Of a stretch of DNA of 55,268 bases, positions 31,950 through 41,955 are shown piece after piece; positions within the stretch are counted from its first letter, which is position 1, and each line of letters opens with the position of its first letter. Position numbers and translations under genes: made by a program. The notes under the pieces are model-generated. The model did not search any database. It saw only the letters and a program-made list of their open reading frames with translations, and had not been told where the DNA came from. This DNA comes from Planctomycetota bacterium. Lineage in GTDB: Bacteria > Planctomycetota > UBA11346. Location of the stretch: the NCBI GenBank assembly GCA_038213805.1, contig JBBQSO010000029.1, forward strand, positions 1-55,268, written 5' to 3'.

Positions 31950-32786
31950 TCAGCCGGTCAGGGCCACGCCGCCGTGGCGCATGCGCGCGATCAGCTCGGC
32001 GTGATCGGGGCGCGTCGAGAACACCAGCCCGGGGCAGCGACCGCCGACGGTGTTGAAGACCAGCGCGCCTCCGTCGAGGTCGGTGGCGTGGCCACCGGCC
32101 GCCAGCAGCACCGCCGCCGGCGCGGCGGCGTCCCACTCGGCGATCGCCCGCGGGTGTACGTAAAGCCCGGCCACGCCGCTGAGAATGCGCCACACCTTGA
32201 TGCCGACCGAGGTCGCGTCATAGGACGTGAATTCCGGCAGCGCACTGCGCACGCGCGCCACCGCATCGCGGTTGCGCCGGCTGGCGCTGGCAATCAGGAC
32301 GCCGGCGCCGCCCAGATCGGGCGCCAGCGGCGCCACGCCGGCGGCGGAGATGATCCACGCGCCCTGCCCGGGCACGCCGACCAGACACACGCCCTGACCC
32401 GGCATGTCAAGCACGCCCAGCACCAGGCGCCCGTCGACCGCGAGCGCGACCTGCACCGCCCACTCGTCGGCACCCGCCGCGTAATCGCTGGTGCCGTCGA
32501 TCGGATCGACGATCCACAGCCGCTGGTTGGCGCTGCGCGCGGCGCTGTCCGCACATTCCTCGCTGAGGATGGCGTCGTCGGGCAGGTGCAAGCCAAGGTG
32601 GTGGCGGATGATCGCGTCCGCCGCGAGATCGCCCGGCGTCACCGGCGAGCCGTCCTCCTTGCGCGTCGTGGTGATGCCCGCCTGCATCTGCCGCGCCGTC
32701 GCCCCCGCCTCGCGCGCCGCGGCGAGGGCGATGGCGACATCCCGGGAGATGGCGAGGGAGGTGGGCAGCGGCAGCACGGCGGTCAT
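31950..32786 (-). CDS. CysQ/inositol monophosphatase family protein
   Basis: K.DGSPVT.GD, ILSEE, WIVDPIDGT, EWD.AA. Confidence 0.9.
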   Translation of the reverse strand: MTAVLPLPTSLAISRDVAIALAAAREAGATARQMQAGITTTRKEDGSPVTPGDLAADAIIRHHLGLHLPDDAILSEECADSAARSANQRLWIVDPIDGTSDYAAGADEWAVQVALAVDGRLVLGVLDMPGQGVCLVGVPGQGAWIISAAGVAPLAPDLGGAGVLIASASRRNRDAVARVRSALPEFTSYDATSVGIKVWRILSGVAGLYVHPRAIAEWDAAAPAAVLLAAGGHATDLDGGALVFNTVGGRCPGLVFSTRPDHAELIARMRHGGVALTG

Positions 32787-32841
32787 GGTCTGAAATCCTG
32801 AGGGCGTTGAAACGGCAATTCGACGACGTCGAACGTCGGCA

Positions 32842-32952
32842 GACCCGAGACCCGAGACCCGAGGCAGTGGACATGTGGCAAAATCCGCGCCCCGACGTCG
32901 CCACCAACCTCTGAACCACGACCTAGGGTCTAGGGCCTAGGGCCTAGGGTCT
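32842..32952. repeat. Family C inverted cassette: (GACCCGA)3 ... (YCTAGGG)4
   Basis: Left arm 32842-32862; right arm 32922-32952 contains the thrS stop (32944-32946). Confidence 0.88.
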
Positions 32953-34941
32953 TTCGGCGGTGGCCACCGCCGAACTCGGCAGCCGCTTCTCGCCGATCTC
33001 CTCAAGCAGCCGCGCGATGAGGTCGTCGACATCGAGGCTGCCCAGCTTCTCACCGGCCTGGTTCTGCAGCGACACCGTGCCGTCGGCCATCTCCTGGTTG
33101 CCGACCACCGCGAAGTAGGTCACGCGGTCGTTGCGCGCGGTGCGGATCTTCGCGCCCAGCTTGTCGGCGGTGGCGTCGACGCTGGCGCGCAGGCCGACCG
33201 ACTGCAGTTCCGCGCCGACCTTGTCGGCGTAGGGGCGGTTCTCGTCGGTGATGGGCAGCACGCGGATCTGCTCGGGCGCCAGCCACAGCGGGAACTTGCC
33301 GGCGAAGTGTTCGATGAGTATGCCGACGAAGCGCTCGAGCGAACCGAGGATGGCGCGGTGCAGCATCACCGGATGGCGTTTCTGCCCATCTTCGGCGATG
33401 TAAGTCGCGTTCAGTCGTTCGGCGCTCGGCATCTGGTAGTCGACCTGGATGGTACCGCACTGCCAGTGGCGGCCGAGCGCGTCGACCAGGGTGAATTCGA
33501 GCTTGGGCCCGTAAAACGCACCCTCGCCCGGGGCGATGGCGTAGCCCAGGCCGGCCTGCTTGCAGGCGTCCGCGAGCGCCGCCTCGGCGCGGTCCCAGGT
33601 GGCGTCATCGCCGACGCGCAAGGCCGGTCGCGTCGAGAACTTGACGATGACGCGGTCGTCGCCGAAGCCGAAGTCGCGGTAGACCTCTTTGAGCAGGGTG
33701 CAGAACGCCGCGACCTCGCCGGGGATCTGCGCCTCGGTGCAGAAGATGTGCGCGTCGTCCTGGACGAAGCCGCGCACGCGCATGATGCCGTGCAGCGCGC
33801 CCGAGACCTCGTTGCGCGTGCAGGCGCCGAACTCGGCGAGGCGCAGCGGCAGTTCGCGGTACGACTTCAGGCCCTGCTTGAAGATCTCGATGTGGCCCGG
33901 ACAGTTCATCGGCTTGAGCGCGAAGTGGCGCTTCTCGGACTCGGTGATGAACATGTTCTCCTGGTACTTCGCCCAGTGGCCGGAGCGCTCCCACAGCGAC
34001 TTGGGCATGATGCTGGGGGTCTTGACCTCGACGTAGCCGCGCGCGCCGATCTTGGCGCGGATGTAGTCCTCAAGGCTGCGGTAGATCGCCCAGCCCTTGG
34101 GGTGCCAGAACACCTGGCCGGGATTCTCCTCGTCGATGTGGAAGAGGTCCATCTCGCGGCCGAGCTTGCGGTGGTCGCGGCGCTTGGCTTCTTCGATGCG
34201 CGTGAGGTGGGCCTTGAGGCCCTTGTCATCGGCGAAACAGGTGCCGTAGATGCGCGTCAGCTGATCGCTGGTCTGGTCGCCGTGCCAGTAGGCGCCGGCC
34301 ACCGACATCACCTTGAACGCGCCGAGCACGCCCGTGCTGGGCACGTGCGGGCCGGCACAGAGGTCCTCCCACGCGCCGGTGCCGGGCTGGCCCGTCGAGT
34401 AGAACGAGATCGACTGCGCGCCCTTGGCGATGGCGCGCTCGGCGTTGTCGTGCTTGTACTTGTCGCCCGCGGTGCGCGCCAGGCCGGCGTCGCAGGCGTA
34501 GTCGGTGCGCACGAAGGGCCGGTCGGCCTTGACGATGTCGCGCATCTTCGCCTCGATGGCGGCGAAATCGGTGTCGGTCAGCGCCTTGGGCTCGCCCGCG
34601 GCGTCGACGATGGCCATGTCGTAGAAGAAGCCGTCCTCGATCGCCGGCCCATAGGCCAGGCGCGTCTGCGGCCACAGCGCGCACACCGCTTCGGCCAGGA
34701 CGTGGGCGCTGGAATGGCGCAGCACGTGCAGGGCGTCGGGGTTGTCGTTGGTGGCGGTGATGATCGAGAGCTTCGCGTCGGCCGTCAGCGGCCGGTCGAG
34801 GTCGCGGATTTCGGTACCGTCGAGCTTGACCGCGATGGCCTTCTTGGCCAGACCCGGCCCGATCGCCAGGGCGACCTCGCGTCCCGACACCGGTTGGGGG
34901 AACGACAGCTGCTTGCCGTCGGGCAACGTGAACGTGGGCAT
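32944..34941 (-). CDS. thrS: Threonine--tRNA ligase
   Basis: TGS domain, RHSSAH, DLCAGPH, RDHRKLG, KPMNCPGH, GAFYGPK, HRAILGSLERF. Confidence 0.98.
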   Translation of the reverse strand: MPTFTLPDGKQLSFPQPVSGREVALAIGPGLAKKAIAVKLDGTEIRDLDRPLTADAKLSIITATNDNPDALHVLRHSSAHVLAEAVCALWPQTRLAYGPAIEDGFFYDMAIVDAAGEPKALTDTDFAAIEAKMRDIVKADRPFVRTDYACDAGLARTAGDKYKHDNAERAIAKGAQSISFYSTGQPGTGAWEDLCAGPHVPSTGVLGAFKVMSVAGAYWHGDQTSDQLTRIYGTCFADDKGLKAHLTRIEEAKRRDHRKLGREMDLFHIDEENPGQVFWHPKGWAIYRSLEDYIRAKIGARGYVEVKTPSIMPKSLWERSGHWAKYQENMFITESEKRHFALKPMNCPGHIEIFKQGLKSYRELPLRLAEFGACTRNEVSGALHGIMRVRGFVQDDAHIFCTEAQIPGEVAAFCTLLKEVYRDFGFGDDRVIVKFSTRPALRVGDDATWDRAEAALADACKQAGLGYAIAPGEGAFYGPKLEFTLVDALGRHWQCGTIQVDYQMPSAERLNATYIAEDGQKRHPVMLHRAILGSLERFVGILIEHFAGKFPLWLAPEQIRVLPITDENRPYADKVGAELQSVGLRASVDATADKLGAKIRTARNDRVTYFAVVGNQEMADGTVSLQNQAGEKLGSLDVDDLIARLLEEIGEKRLPSSAVATAERP

Positions 34942-35131
34942 GGAAACCTCGGATGATGGATATGGGAGGGGAGAGCGGCCGCGCGCATCCGCACCAGATG
35001 CGGACTCAGCCAGTAGTTCGCGGCGCCGTGGTTCCAACCCTGTCCATGATCCCCGCACCGTACCGCCGCCGGGCCTGGGGTCAATTCTCGGTGCGCGACG
35101 GATATCCGCAGACCCTGGCCATAGCGAGACG

Positions 35132-35330
35132 GACAGCCGGATAGAACAAGACGCGGAGACGCAGAGACCGGAGGAGGAGAGACGCGGGTGGGCGTGCTAT
35201 GCCTGCTCGCCGATCCTGTCGCAGCCCGGAGTCCACGGGCCAAGAACGCGAAGGCGCGGGCGGAGTGGCGCCGAATCCGGCCCATCCTCTTCCGACCTCC
35301 GCGTCTCCGCGCCAGTTTTATCCGGCTGTC
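35132..35330. repeat. Family D inverted-repeat element
   Basis: GACAGCCGGATAGAACAAGACGCGGAGACGCAGAG ... CTCCGCGTCTCCGCGCCAGTTTTATCCGGCTGTC. Confidence 0.9.
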
Positions 35331-35344
35331 GGGCCGAACCCCGC

Positions 35345-36538
35345 TCAGCCCAGTTTCGCCTCGGTCTCGGATGGCGTCTGGTAGTCGACGCCCGCCACCT
35401 CGAAGCCGAACAGCGAGCGGAACTCCTGCTTGAAGCTCGCGTAATCGCTGACCTCCAGCACGTTTTCGGTGGTAACCGTCTCCCACAGGGTGGCGACGGC
35501 GGCCTGCACCGCGGGTGCCATCTCCCAGTCGTCGATGCGGATGCGGCCCTGATCATCGAAGGTCGGGGTGGCGCCGGGGCCGATCTTGGTTTTGAACAGG
35601 CGCACGATCTGCTCGATGGTGCCCTCGTGGCTGCCCTGCTCCTTCATCACCTTGTAGAGCAGGCTGATGTAGAGCGGCACCACCGGGATGGCGCTGGAGG
35701 CCTGGGTGACCAGGGCCTTGTTGACGCTGACGTAGGCGCCGCCGCCGACACTGGTCAGCAGCTCGGCGTTGAGCGAGCGCGCGGTCGCCTCGAGATGGTC
35801 CTTGGCGCGGCCGATGGTGCCGGCGCGGTAGATCGCGTGGGTGAGCTGCGGGCCGATGTAACTGTAGGCGACGGTGCGGAAGCCGTCCGCGAGCAGGTCG
35901 GCCGCCTTCAACGCCGCGATCCACAGCGCCCAGTCCTCGCCGCCCATCACCTTGATGGTGTTCTCGATGTCGGCCTCGGTCGCTGTGGCGATGGTGATCG
36001 GCTTGATTTGGTCGGTGTCGAGGTCGATGGTCTTCGAGGTGTAGGGCGCGCCGATCGGCTTGAGCGTACTGCTGTGCGTGATGCCGGTCGCGGGATCGGT
36101 GCGCTTGGGGCTGGCCAGGCTGTAGATGAGGTAGTCGAGCTTGCCGAAGCGCGCCTTCAGAGCGGCGATGGCCTGCTCCTTGATGGCGGCCGAGTAGGCG
36201 TCGCCGTTGATGGTCTCGACGGTGCGGCCGGCGGCGGCGGCCAGGCGGTGGACCTCAGCGAGGTTGTAAAAGCCGGCGGAGCCCGCCTTCTCGCCCTGAC
36301 CGGCGCGTTCGAAGCACACGCCCAGGGCCTTCGCGCCGTATCCGAAGACGCTGGTGATCAGTGAGGACAAGCCGAATCCGGCGCTCGACCCGACCACCAG
36401 GGCATTGCCGATGCCGGAACCCGGACCGCCACGCTGGGCGATCTCGACCTGACGCTGGACGTTCCGGGCGCAGCCGGTCGGGTGCGAGGTCAGGCAGAGG
36501 AAGCCGCGGATGCGCGGATTGATGACGACATTGGCCAC
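35345..36538 (-). CDS. fabV: Enoyl-ACP reductase FabV / trans-2-enoyl-CoA reductase
   Basis: P.IRGF.C.T.HP.GC, YSLASP.R, VMGGEDW, YSYIGP, GTIG.AK, KALVTQAS; GTG start with AAGGAG SD. Confidence 0.93.
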   Translation of the reverse strand: MANVVINPRIRGFLCLTSHPTGCARNVQRQVEIAQRGGPGSGIGNALVVGSSAGFGLSSLITSVFGYGAKALGVCFERAGQGEKAGSAGFYNLAEVHRLAAAAGRTVETINGDAYSAAIKEQAIAALKARFGKLDYLIYSLASPKRTDPATGITHSSTLKPIGAPYTSKTIDLDTDQIKPITIATATEADIENTIKVMGGEDWALWIAALKAADLLADGFRTVAYSYIGPQLTHAIYRAGTIGRAKDHLEATARSLNAELLTSVGGGAYVSVNKALVTQASSAIPVVPLYISLLYKVMKEQGSHEGTIEQIVRLFKTKIGPGATPTFDDQGRIRIDDWEMAPAVQAAVATLWETVTTENVLEVSDYASFKQEFRSLFGFEVAGVDYQTPSETEAKLG

Positions 36539-36889
36539 GGGTTGCACTCCTTGCGAGGTCGGACAGCCCGCCAGGGGGCGGGAGGACGGGAGCGTGGGGT
36601 CGATCTGGCGGGTGCAAGGGCGGTTCTCGGTTTGCGCGGGTCTAAAACGCAGCCAAAAGTCGACTTCTGGTCCCAAAGTGGCATTTCCGATCGCGCAAAG
36701 GGGGCGCGGGTGCGTTTTGAGACTAAATAGTGCAACATGGGGAAGCGTGTCCGGATGTTGCTAGACATTTGCCCCTCAGATGGCATGGTTCGCTCCCCGA
36801 CGCGCGCAGACGGGGTCAACTCAGCCGGTCGAACGGTGATGTGACCCAGCGGCGCGCTCCCGGCGATGACCCAGCGACGAAAGGCTCCC

Positions 36890-38602
36890 ATGCTCCAGCG
36901 TTCCCCCACCGGCGGCGACAAAGTCATCCAGTGCCTTGAGCGCGAAGGCGTCGAGGTCATCTACGGCTACTCGGGCGGCGCGGCGATGCCGATCTTCGAC
37001 GCCCTGGTCGACTCCAAGATCAAGTTCGTCCTGGTCCGCCACGAGCAGGGCGCCACCCACATGGCCGACGGCTACGCCCGCGCCACCGGCAAGCCGGGCG
37101 TGGTCTTGGTCACCTCCGGCCCCGGCGCCACCAACTGCGTGACCGGCCTGCTCACCGCGCTGATGGACTCGGTGCCGATGATCGTCCTGACCGGGCAGAC
37201 CATCACCTCGATGCTGGGCAAGGACGCCTTCCAGGAAGCCGACGTCACCGGCATCACCTATCCGGTGGTCAAGCACAGCTATCTGGTCAAGAACGCCGCC
37301 GACATTCCGCGCGTGATGAAGGAGGCCTTCCACATCGCCACCACCGGCCGGCCCGGCCCGGTGCTGATCGACCTGCCCAAGGACATCACCCAGGGCCCGT
37401 GCCTGGCACCCTTCGTCGAGTCCATCAACCTGCCCGGCTACGAGATCCCCGGCAAGGCCGACGCGGCGCTGCTGAAGAAGGCCGCCGCGCTGCTGATGAA
37501 GAGCAAGCGCCCGGTGCTGTACGTCGGCCACGGCGCGGTCATCTCCGGCGCCGGTCCGGCGATCATGCAACTCGCCGAGAAGCTGAACGCGCCGATCGTC
37601 AACACCCTGCTTGGCAAGGGCGCCTGCCCTGAGGACCATCCCCTGCACCAGGGCATGCTCGGCATGCACGGGACCGCCTACGCCAACCGCACCGTGCAGC
37701 ACTGCGACCTGATCATGGCGATCGGCGCGCGCTGGGACGACCGCATCACCGGCAAGCTCTCCGAGTTCTGCAAGGACGCGGCCAAGATCCACGTCGACAT
37801 CGACGTCGCCGAGTTCAATAAGATTGTGCGCCCCGACGTCTCGATCGCCGCCGACGCGCGCCTCGCCATCGAAGCGCTGGTCCCGCTGATCGACAAGCTC
37901 GACACCACCGACTGGCTGAAAGACATCGCCGGCTGGCGCAAGCAGTACCCGCTGAAGTACCCCAAGAAGGGCGGACTGCGCGCGCAGTACGTGCTCGACC
38001 GCCTCGACAAGCTCGGCGGCCGTGACTGCATCCTGACCACCGACGTCGGCCAGCACCAGATGTGGGCGGCGCAGTTCTGCCGCACAACCAAGAACCGCCA
38101 CTGGCTGTCGAGCGGCGGCGCCGGCACCATGGGCTTCGGCTTCCCCGCGGCGATCGGCGCGGCCATGGCCACCGGCAAGCCGACCTGGTGCATCGTCGGC
38201 GACGGCGGCTTCCAGATGACGTCCTGCGAACTGGCCACCGCCATGCTGCAGAAGGTGCCGGTCAAGATCCTGATCATCAACAATTCCTACCTGGGCATGA
38301 TCCGCCAGTGGCAGGAGCTGTTCTTCGACAACCGCCTGTCGGGCGCCGATCTCGAGGGCAATCCCGACTTCATCAAGCTGGCCGGCGCCTTCAACATCCC
38401 CGGCAAGCGCGTCAAGCGCGCCGGCGACGTCGACAAGGCCATCAAGTGGGCGATGGCCCACAACGATGGCCCCTGCATGGTCGAAGCTGAAGTGGTCAAG
38501 GAGGACAACGTCTTCCCGATGATCCCCGCCGGCGCACCGCTGTCGGGCATGATCGTCGAGAAGCCCAAGCAGAAGATGGAGAAGCCGACAGGCTCGACCT
38601 GA
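36890..38602 (+). CDS. ilvB: Acetolactate synthase large subunit
   Basis: RHEQGA.HMADGYAR, TSGPGATN, FQEAD, GRPGPV, DVGQHQMW, GDGGFQM. Confidence 0.96.
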   Translation: MLQRSPTGGDKVIQCLEREGVEVIYGYSGGAAMPIFDALVDSKIKFVLVRHEQGATHMADGYARATGKPGVVLVTSGPGATNCVTGLLTALMDSVPMIVLTGQTITSMLGKDAFQEADVTGITYPVVKHSYLVKNAADIPRVMKEAFHIATTGRPGPVLIDLPKDITQGPCLAPFVESINLPGYEIPGKADAALLKKAAALLMKSKRPVLYVGHGAVISGAGPAIMQLAEKLNAPIVNTLLGKGACPEDHPLHQGMLGMHGTAYANRTVQHCDLIMAIGARWDDRITGKLSEFCKDAAKIHVDIDVAEFNKIVRPDVSIAADARLAIEALVPLIDKLDTTDWLKDIAGWRKQYPLKYPKKGGLRAQYVLDRLDKLGGRDCILTTDVGQHQMWAAQFCRTTKNRHWLSSGGAGTMGFGFPAAIGAAMATGKPTWCIVGDGGFQMTSCELATAMLQKVPVKILIINNSYLGMIRQWQELFFDNRLSGADLEGNPDFIKLAGAFNIPGKRVKRAGDVDKAIKWAMAHNDGPCMVEAEVVKEDNVFPMIPAGAPLSGMIVEKPKQKMEKPTGST

Positions 38603-38613
38603 CGGTCTCGCCG

Positions 38614-38739
38614 GTCCGGAAGTCCGGGGGTCCGGAAGTCCGGAAGTCGACAGCCCCGCGCTGCACAGAGCTCTTTTTTCACGCCCACCACCCCCGACCA
38701 CGAGACTTCCGGATTTCCGGACTTCCGGACTTCCGGACC
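38614..38739. repeat. Family B inverted cassette (empty): (GTCCGGRR)4-GTCGACAGCC ... GAC(TTCCGGAY)4
   Basis: Left arm 38614-38655, 48-nt spacer, right arm 38704-38739; lies within the ilvB-ilvN operon. Confidence 0.93.
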
Positions 38740-38759
38740 TCGAGCGCAAGCGAGAGTCC

Positions 38760-39371
38760 ATGACGACGACCCACCCGACCATCGGCCACCGCGGCACCCA
38801 GTTCGAGCTCGACCCCGGCAAGTCGCCGCGCCGCAACCCGGTAACCGACGTGATCACCGCGCCGCTGCACACCATCTCGCTGCTGGTGCGCAACAAGCCG
38901 GGCGTGCTGGTGCGCGTTGCGCTGATCTTTTCGCGCCGCGGCTACAACATCGAATCGCTGGTGGTCTCGCCGGCGCTGTCGCTGGTCGGCGCCGAAGGCG
39001 CACCCGGCGAATTCTCGCGCATGACCATCACCTGCTCGGGCGACCTCGACTCGCTGGAGCAGATCATCAAGCAGCTCGAGAAGCTCATCGACGTGGTCCA
39101 CGCCATCGACCACACCGGCCAGGCGGTGATCGCCAGCGAGCTGGTGCTGGTCAAGCTCAAGGCCGACCTCAAGCACCGCACCGAGATCCTGCAGGTCGCC
39201 GAGAACTACAAGGCCAAGGTCGTCGACTACGGCACCGAGTCGCTGATCCTGCGCTGCGCCGGCGAATCCGAGAAGCTCGACGCCTTCGTCATGCTGCTGC
39301 GCCCGTTCTCGATCACCGAGCTGGTGCGCTCGGGCAAGATCCTGATGGCGCGCGGCCTCGACGAGACCTGA
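38760..39371 (+). CDS. ilvN: Acetolactate synthase small subunit (with N-terminal extension)
   Basis: HTISLLV.NKPGVL.RV...FSRRGYNIESL, EQIIKQL.KLIDV, E.VRSG. Confidence 0.93.
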   Translation: MTTTHPTIGHRGTQFELDPGKSPRRNPVTDVITAPLHTISLLVRNKPGVLVRVALIFSRRGYNIESLVVSPALSLVGAEGAPGEFSRMTITCSGDLDSLEQIIKQLEKLIDVVHAIDHTGQAVIASELVLVKLKADLKHRTEILQVAENYKAKVVDYGTESLILRCAGESEKLDAFVMLLRPFSITELVRSGKILMARGLDET

Positions 39372-39381
39372 GCCGGCGGCC

Positions 39382-39951
39382 ATGCTGCGCCGCCGCGTCC
39401 TGCGCATCGCCGCCATCGCCGGCCTGGTGCTGGTGGTGGCCGGACTCGCGCTGCTCGCCTGGGCGTGGGGTCGCGAGGTCGAGGTGCACATCCCCGAGGC
39501 GCGCATCCAGGAGGCCCTCGACGATCACTTCCCGCTCGAGCGCATCTACCTCGGCATCGCGACGGTGCGCTACAGCGACCCGCACGTGCACCTGAGCGAG
39601 GGCTCGGAGCGCATCCAGGCGAGCATCACCGCAGACGTGGGTGTGCCGCTGATCGCGAAGAAACCGCACGGCACCGCCGAGGTCTCGGGCCTGATCGAGT
39701 ACCTGCCCGCCGACGGCACCTTCGTGGTGCACGCCGCGCAGGTCGACCACATCGCCATTGGTGGGCTGCCCGAGCGCTCCCTCAATCGGCTCGACGACCT
39801 GATATCCAAGGAGCTGGTCACCCTGCTCGACCGGCGTCCCATCTACCGGCTGAAGCCGGGCGACGTCAAGCAGGCCGTGGCGCGCCTGGTGCTGAAGCGC
39901 GTGCGCGTCCACGACCGCGAGCTGGTGGTGACCCTGGGGATCGGACCATGA
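39382..39951 (+). CDS. DUF1439-like membrane-anchored protein
   Basis: N-terminal TM; I.E..IQ..L...FP and PIY.L motifs. Confidence 0.6.
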   Translation: MLRRRVLRIAAIAGLVLVVAGLALLAWAWGREVEVHIPEARIQEALDDHFPLERIYLGIATVRYSDPHVHLSEGSERIQASITADVGVPLIAKKPHGTAEVSGLIEYLPADGTFVVHAAQVDHIAIGGLPERSLNRLDDLISKELVTLLDRRPIYRLKPGDVKQAVARLVLKRVRVHDRELVVTLGIGP

Positions 39952-41201
39952 GCGCGCCTGACGCGCCCGCCGCGCCTGCCGCAAGCGCCCCGCCACAGCC
40001 GCTCCAGATCCTGGGCCTGACCAGCGACGAACTGGCCGCCGCAGCGCGCGCCCTGATGCCCGCCGGCCACGGCGTGGCGCCGCGCCTCTATCCGTTGGCT
40101 TTCAGTACCGGACGCCTGGCCATCGACGACTTCCCGGTCGCCGCCGGCACCGGTGCGACCTGGCGCGCGCACTTCGCCGTCACCCTGCTGCCGGTCGCCT
40201 CGCTGATCGAGGAGCCGAGCACCTTCGGCACCACCTCCAAAGCCATCCTGCGCACCGCCGACAATTACGAGATCGAATGCGTGCGCATCCCGATGCGCAG
40301 CGCACATCGCGCACACGCCGCCGCCGCGGCCGCCCGCGCTGCGGAGACCGTGGAGGTCGGCGACGAGGCGGCCGACGAAGCCGCAGATGGCGATGAGCCA
40401 GAGGCTGACGTCGAGTACGACGACACCATCTATTACACGCTGTGCATCTCCAGCCAGGTCGGCTGCAAGATGGGCTGCACCTTCTGCGAGACCGGGCGCA
40501 TGGGCCTGCTGCGCAACCTCAGCGCTGCAGAGATCGTCGCTCAAGTGGTGACCGCGCAGGTCACGCTCGGCTGGTGCGTCCGCAACATCGTCTTCATGGG
40601 CATGGGCGAGGCGCTCGACAACGTCGAGAACGTCATCCAGGCCGTGAACGTGCTGTCGGACCGCCGCGGCCTGCGCTACGGACTCGACCGCATCACCATC
40701 TGCACCAGTGGCCACGCCGAGGGCCTGCTGCGCCTGCAGGCGCAGCAGTGGAAGCGCCTCAACCTGTCGATCAGCCTGAACGCCGCCACCGATGCGCAGC
40801 GCTCGCGCATCATGCCGGTCAACCGCAAGACGCCGCTTGCTGCCCTGCAGGCCATCCTCGCCGGCTATCCGCAGCGCCGCAACTTCACCCTCGGCGTCAA
40901 CTACTGCCTGATGCCCGGCCTCAACGACGCACGCGCCGACGCCACCGCCATCGCGGAATTCTGCAAGCCGCTCGGCCGCGTGCTGATCAACCTCATCCCC
41001 TACAACCCCGGCAACCTGCCGCTGACGCGCGCACCGGAGGAGGACGAGATCGTGCAGTTCGTCGGCTGGCTGCGCGCCGACGGCCTGCCGGTGCGGCGGC
41101 GCATGACCAAGGGCCGCACCATCATGGCGGCGTGCGGGCAGCTGGGGAATGTGGAGTTGCGGAAGAAGAAGGCGGAGCCGGTGGAGCTCCCGCACCCGTA
41201 A
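39948..41201 (+). CDS. rlmN: Dual-specificity RNA methyltransferase RlmN (radical SAM)
   Basis: CISSQVGCKMGCTFC.TG, NIVFMGMGE, NLIPYN, AACGQL. Confidence 0.9.
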   Translation: MSAPDAPAAPAASAPPQPLQILGLTSDELAAAARALMPAGHGVAPRLYPLAFSTGRLAIDDFPVAAGTGATWRAHFAVTLLPVASLIEEPSTFGTTSKAILRTADNYEIECVRIPMRSAHRAHAAAAAARAAETVEVGDEAADEAADGDEPEADVEYDDTIYYTLCISSQVGCKMGCTFCETGRMGLLRNLSAAEIVAQVVTAQVTLGWCVRNIVFMGMGEALDNVENVIQAVNVLSDRRGLRYGLDRITICTSGHAEGLLRLQAQQWKRLNLSISLNAATDAQRSRIMPVNRKTPLAALQAILAGYPQRRNFTLGVNYCLMPGLNDARADATAIAEFCKPLGRVLINLIPYNPGNLPLTRAPEEDEIVQFVGWLRADGLPVRRRMTKGRTIMAACGQLGNVELRKKKAEPVELPHP

Positions 41202-41286
41202 GCGCCGCGACCCGCAGTTGCACGCGGCCCGAGCCAAGGCACGGTTCGCGCCGGCCGCCGTCACATCCAGGCCCAGGAGACCGCCC

Positions 41287-41778
41287 ATGAGCACCACCGC
41301 CCCCCTCGTCGCCGTCCTGATGGGCAGCAAGTCCGACTGGGAGGTCATGAAGACCACCGTCGACACCCTCAACAAGTTCGGCGTCGCCAACGAGGCCCGC
41401 GTGCTGTCCGCGCACCGCACCCCCAAGGAGGCGACTGACTACATCAGCGCCGCCGCCGGCCGCGGCACCAAGGTCATCATCGCCGCCGCCGGTGGCGCCG
41501 CCCACCTCGCCGGCGCCTGCGCCGCGCACACCATCCTGCCCGTGCTCGGCGTGCCGATGGAGGGCTGGGCGCTCAAGGGCCTCGATGCCCTGCTCTCGAC
41601 CGTGCAGATGCCGCCCGGCATGCCCGTCGGCACCCTGGCGATCGGCAAGCCCGGCGCGACCAATGCCGCCCTGCTCGCCATCCAGATCCTGGCCGTCACC
41701 GACGCGGGGCTGGCGCAGAAGCTGCGCGACTACCGCGAAGACAACCGCAAGAAGATCCTGGCCGAAAAGCTGGAATGA
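41287..41778 (+). CDS. purE: N5-CAIR mutase
   Basis: [33 protein letters not shown]. Confidence 0.96.
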   Translation: MSTTAPLVAVLMGSKSDWEVMKTTVDTLNKFGVANEARVLSAHRTPKEATDYISAAAGRGTKVIIAAAGGAAHLAGACAAHTILPVLGVPMEGWALKGLDALLSTVQMPPGMPVGTLAIGKPGATNAALLAIQILAVTDAGLAQKLRDYREDNRKKILAEKLE

Positions 41779-41792
41779 GGCGCGGAGTGACG

Positions 41793-41941
41793 GACAGCCG
41801 ATAAAACAGGAGGCGCAGAGGCGCGGAGATAAGAGGAGCGAGATCCGGGAATCTGCAGTCCGCGCTCGTCACCGGAGCCCCATCTTCCAAGCTCCTGCCT
41901 CCCCCTCCGCGTCTCCGCGCCTCCTGTTTTATCCGGCCGTC
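41793..41941. repeat. Family D inverted-repeat element
   Basis: GACAGCCGATAAAACAGGAGGCGCAGAGGCGCGGAG ... CTCCGCGTCTCCGCGCCTCCTGTTTTATCCGGCCGTC, between convergent genes. Confidence 0.9.
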
Positions 41942-41955
41942 AATCCTCCTCGCCC

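Noticed and set aside
34988..35004. tRNA-Thr anticodon mimic hairpin in the thrS leader
   Set aside because: The hairpin exists, but a Thr anticodon is not at the anticodon position of the loop.
36781..36797. Sigma-54 promoter (TGGCA...)
   Set aside because: No TTGC at the -12 position.
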